24,000 nucleotides of DNA from Clostridium sp. (GTDB lineage Bacteria; Bacillota; Clostridia; Clostridiales; Clostridiaceae). Of the stretch, positions 23,574 to 24,000 are shown piece after piece. Below the pieces are notes generated by a model. That model ran no database searches. It was not told where the DNA came from and saw only the letters and a list, made by a program, of their open reading frames with translations. The translations under genes and the position numbers were made by a program. The stretch lies in assembly GCA_029257045.1 (NCBI GenBank), contig JARIDB010000068.1, forward strand, positions 3,095-27,094. The letters are read 5' to 3'. The number at the start of each line of letters is the position of its first letter. The first letter of the stretch is position 1.

Positions 23574-24000
23574 ATGTCCTATATAGAAATTATAGATGAA
23601 CATAAAAGATATAAAATTGGGGAAAATGTTGTTGTTGCTAATGATGGAATTAATTTTTCAGTAGAAAAGGGAGAATTAGTTATAATATTAGGTCCAAGTG
23701 GTGCTGGTAAATCAACAGTACTTAATATACTTGGAGGAATGGACACTTGTGATGAAGGAAAGATAATAATTGATAAAGTAGATATAGCTAAATTCAATAA
23801 TAAAGAGCTAATAAATTATAGAAGACATGATGTTGGGTTTGTATTTCAATTTTATAATTTAGTACAAAACTTAACTGCAAGAGAAAATGTAGAACTTGCT
23901 ACTCAAATTTCAAAAAATGCTTTAGATGTAGACAAGACCCTTGAGGCTGTAGGTCTTCAGCACAGAAAAGATAATTTTCCATCTCAGCTATCAGGAGGAG
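23574..24000 (+). CDS. ABC transporter ATP-binding protein (MacB/LolD-like exporter ATPase), 3' end beyond the window
   Basis: This ORF is absent from the ORF track because it is open to the window edge. The ATG at 23574 lies 6 nt after GGAGGT. My translation is MSYIEIIDEHKRYKIGENVVVANDGINFSVEKGELVIILGPSGAGKSTVLNILGG...FVFQFYNL...LSGG, showing Walker A, the Q-loop and the signature motif. It is divergent from the TetR gene. Confidence 0.85.
   Translation, partial: MSYIEIIDEHKRYKIGENVVVANDGINFSVEKGELVIILGPSGAGKSTVLNILGGMDTCDEGKIIIDKVDIAKFNNKELINYRRHDVGFVFQFYNLVQNLTARENVELATQISKNALDVDKTLEAVGLQHRKDNFPSQLSGG

Overview
This is a strongly AT-rich, Clostridium-like (Bacillota) chromosomal segment, judged by eye from the low GC, GGAGG/GGGGG Shine-Dalgarno sites and TTG/GTG starts. 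No rRNA, tRNA, CRISPR array or transposase was recognised. There are four functional blocks. (1) 1-10193 is a glycan-utilisation locus. It holds a GH112 galacto-N-biose/lacto-N-biose-type phosphorylase, two sugar ABC permeases and a separately placed lipoprotein binding protein. These are interleaved with a signal-peptide-less Cys-type sulfatase and a divergent anaerobic sulfatase-maturating radical-SAM enzyme, plus a small XRE-regulator and membrane-protein module. The locus carries unannotated non-coding structure: a ~160-bp promoter/leader duplicated in front of both transporter units, and an 87-bp two-hairpin repeat present twice in tandem in the sulfatase leader, where it falsely extends the ORF by 90 codons. 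A diverged copy of that repeat lies at the sulfatase 3' end, and a GC-rich direct repeat brackets the XRE module. (2) 10366-13078 encodes a LysE-family exporter, a DUF2935-like protein, a 2x[4Fe-4S] ferredoxin and a membrane Fe-S protein. (3) 13207-16381 is an apparent operon of a Crp/Fnr-family regulator, a short YjjI-family glycyl-radical enzyme and its YjjW-family activase. Its chemistry is unknown, and I consider it the best candidate for an undescribed system. (4) 16478-22697 is a BMP-type nucleoside ABC uptake operon plus pyrimidine-nucleoside phosphorylase; its first permease gene is broken by a frameshift. The window ends with a TetR regulator divergent from an ABC exporter ATPase. All family assignments rest on motif recognition in the supplied translations and on my own reading, not on database searches.
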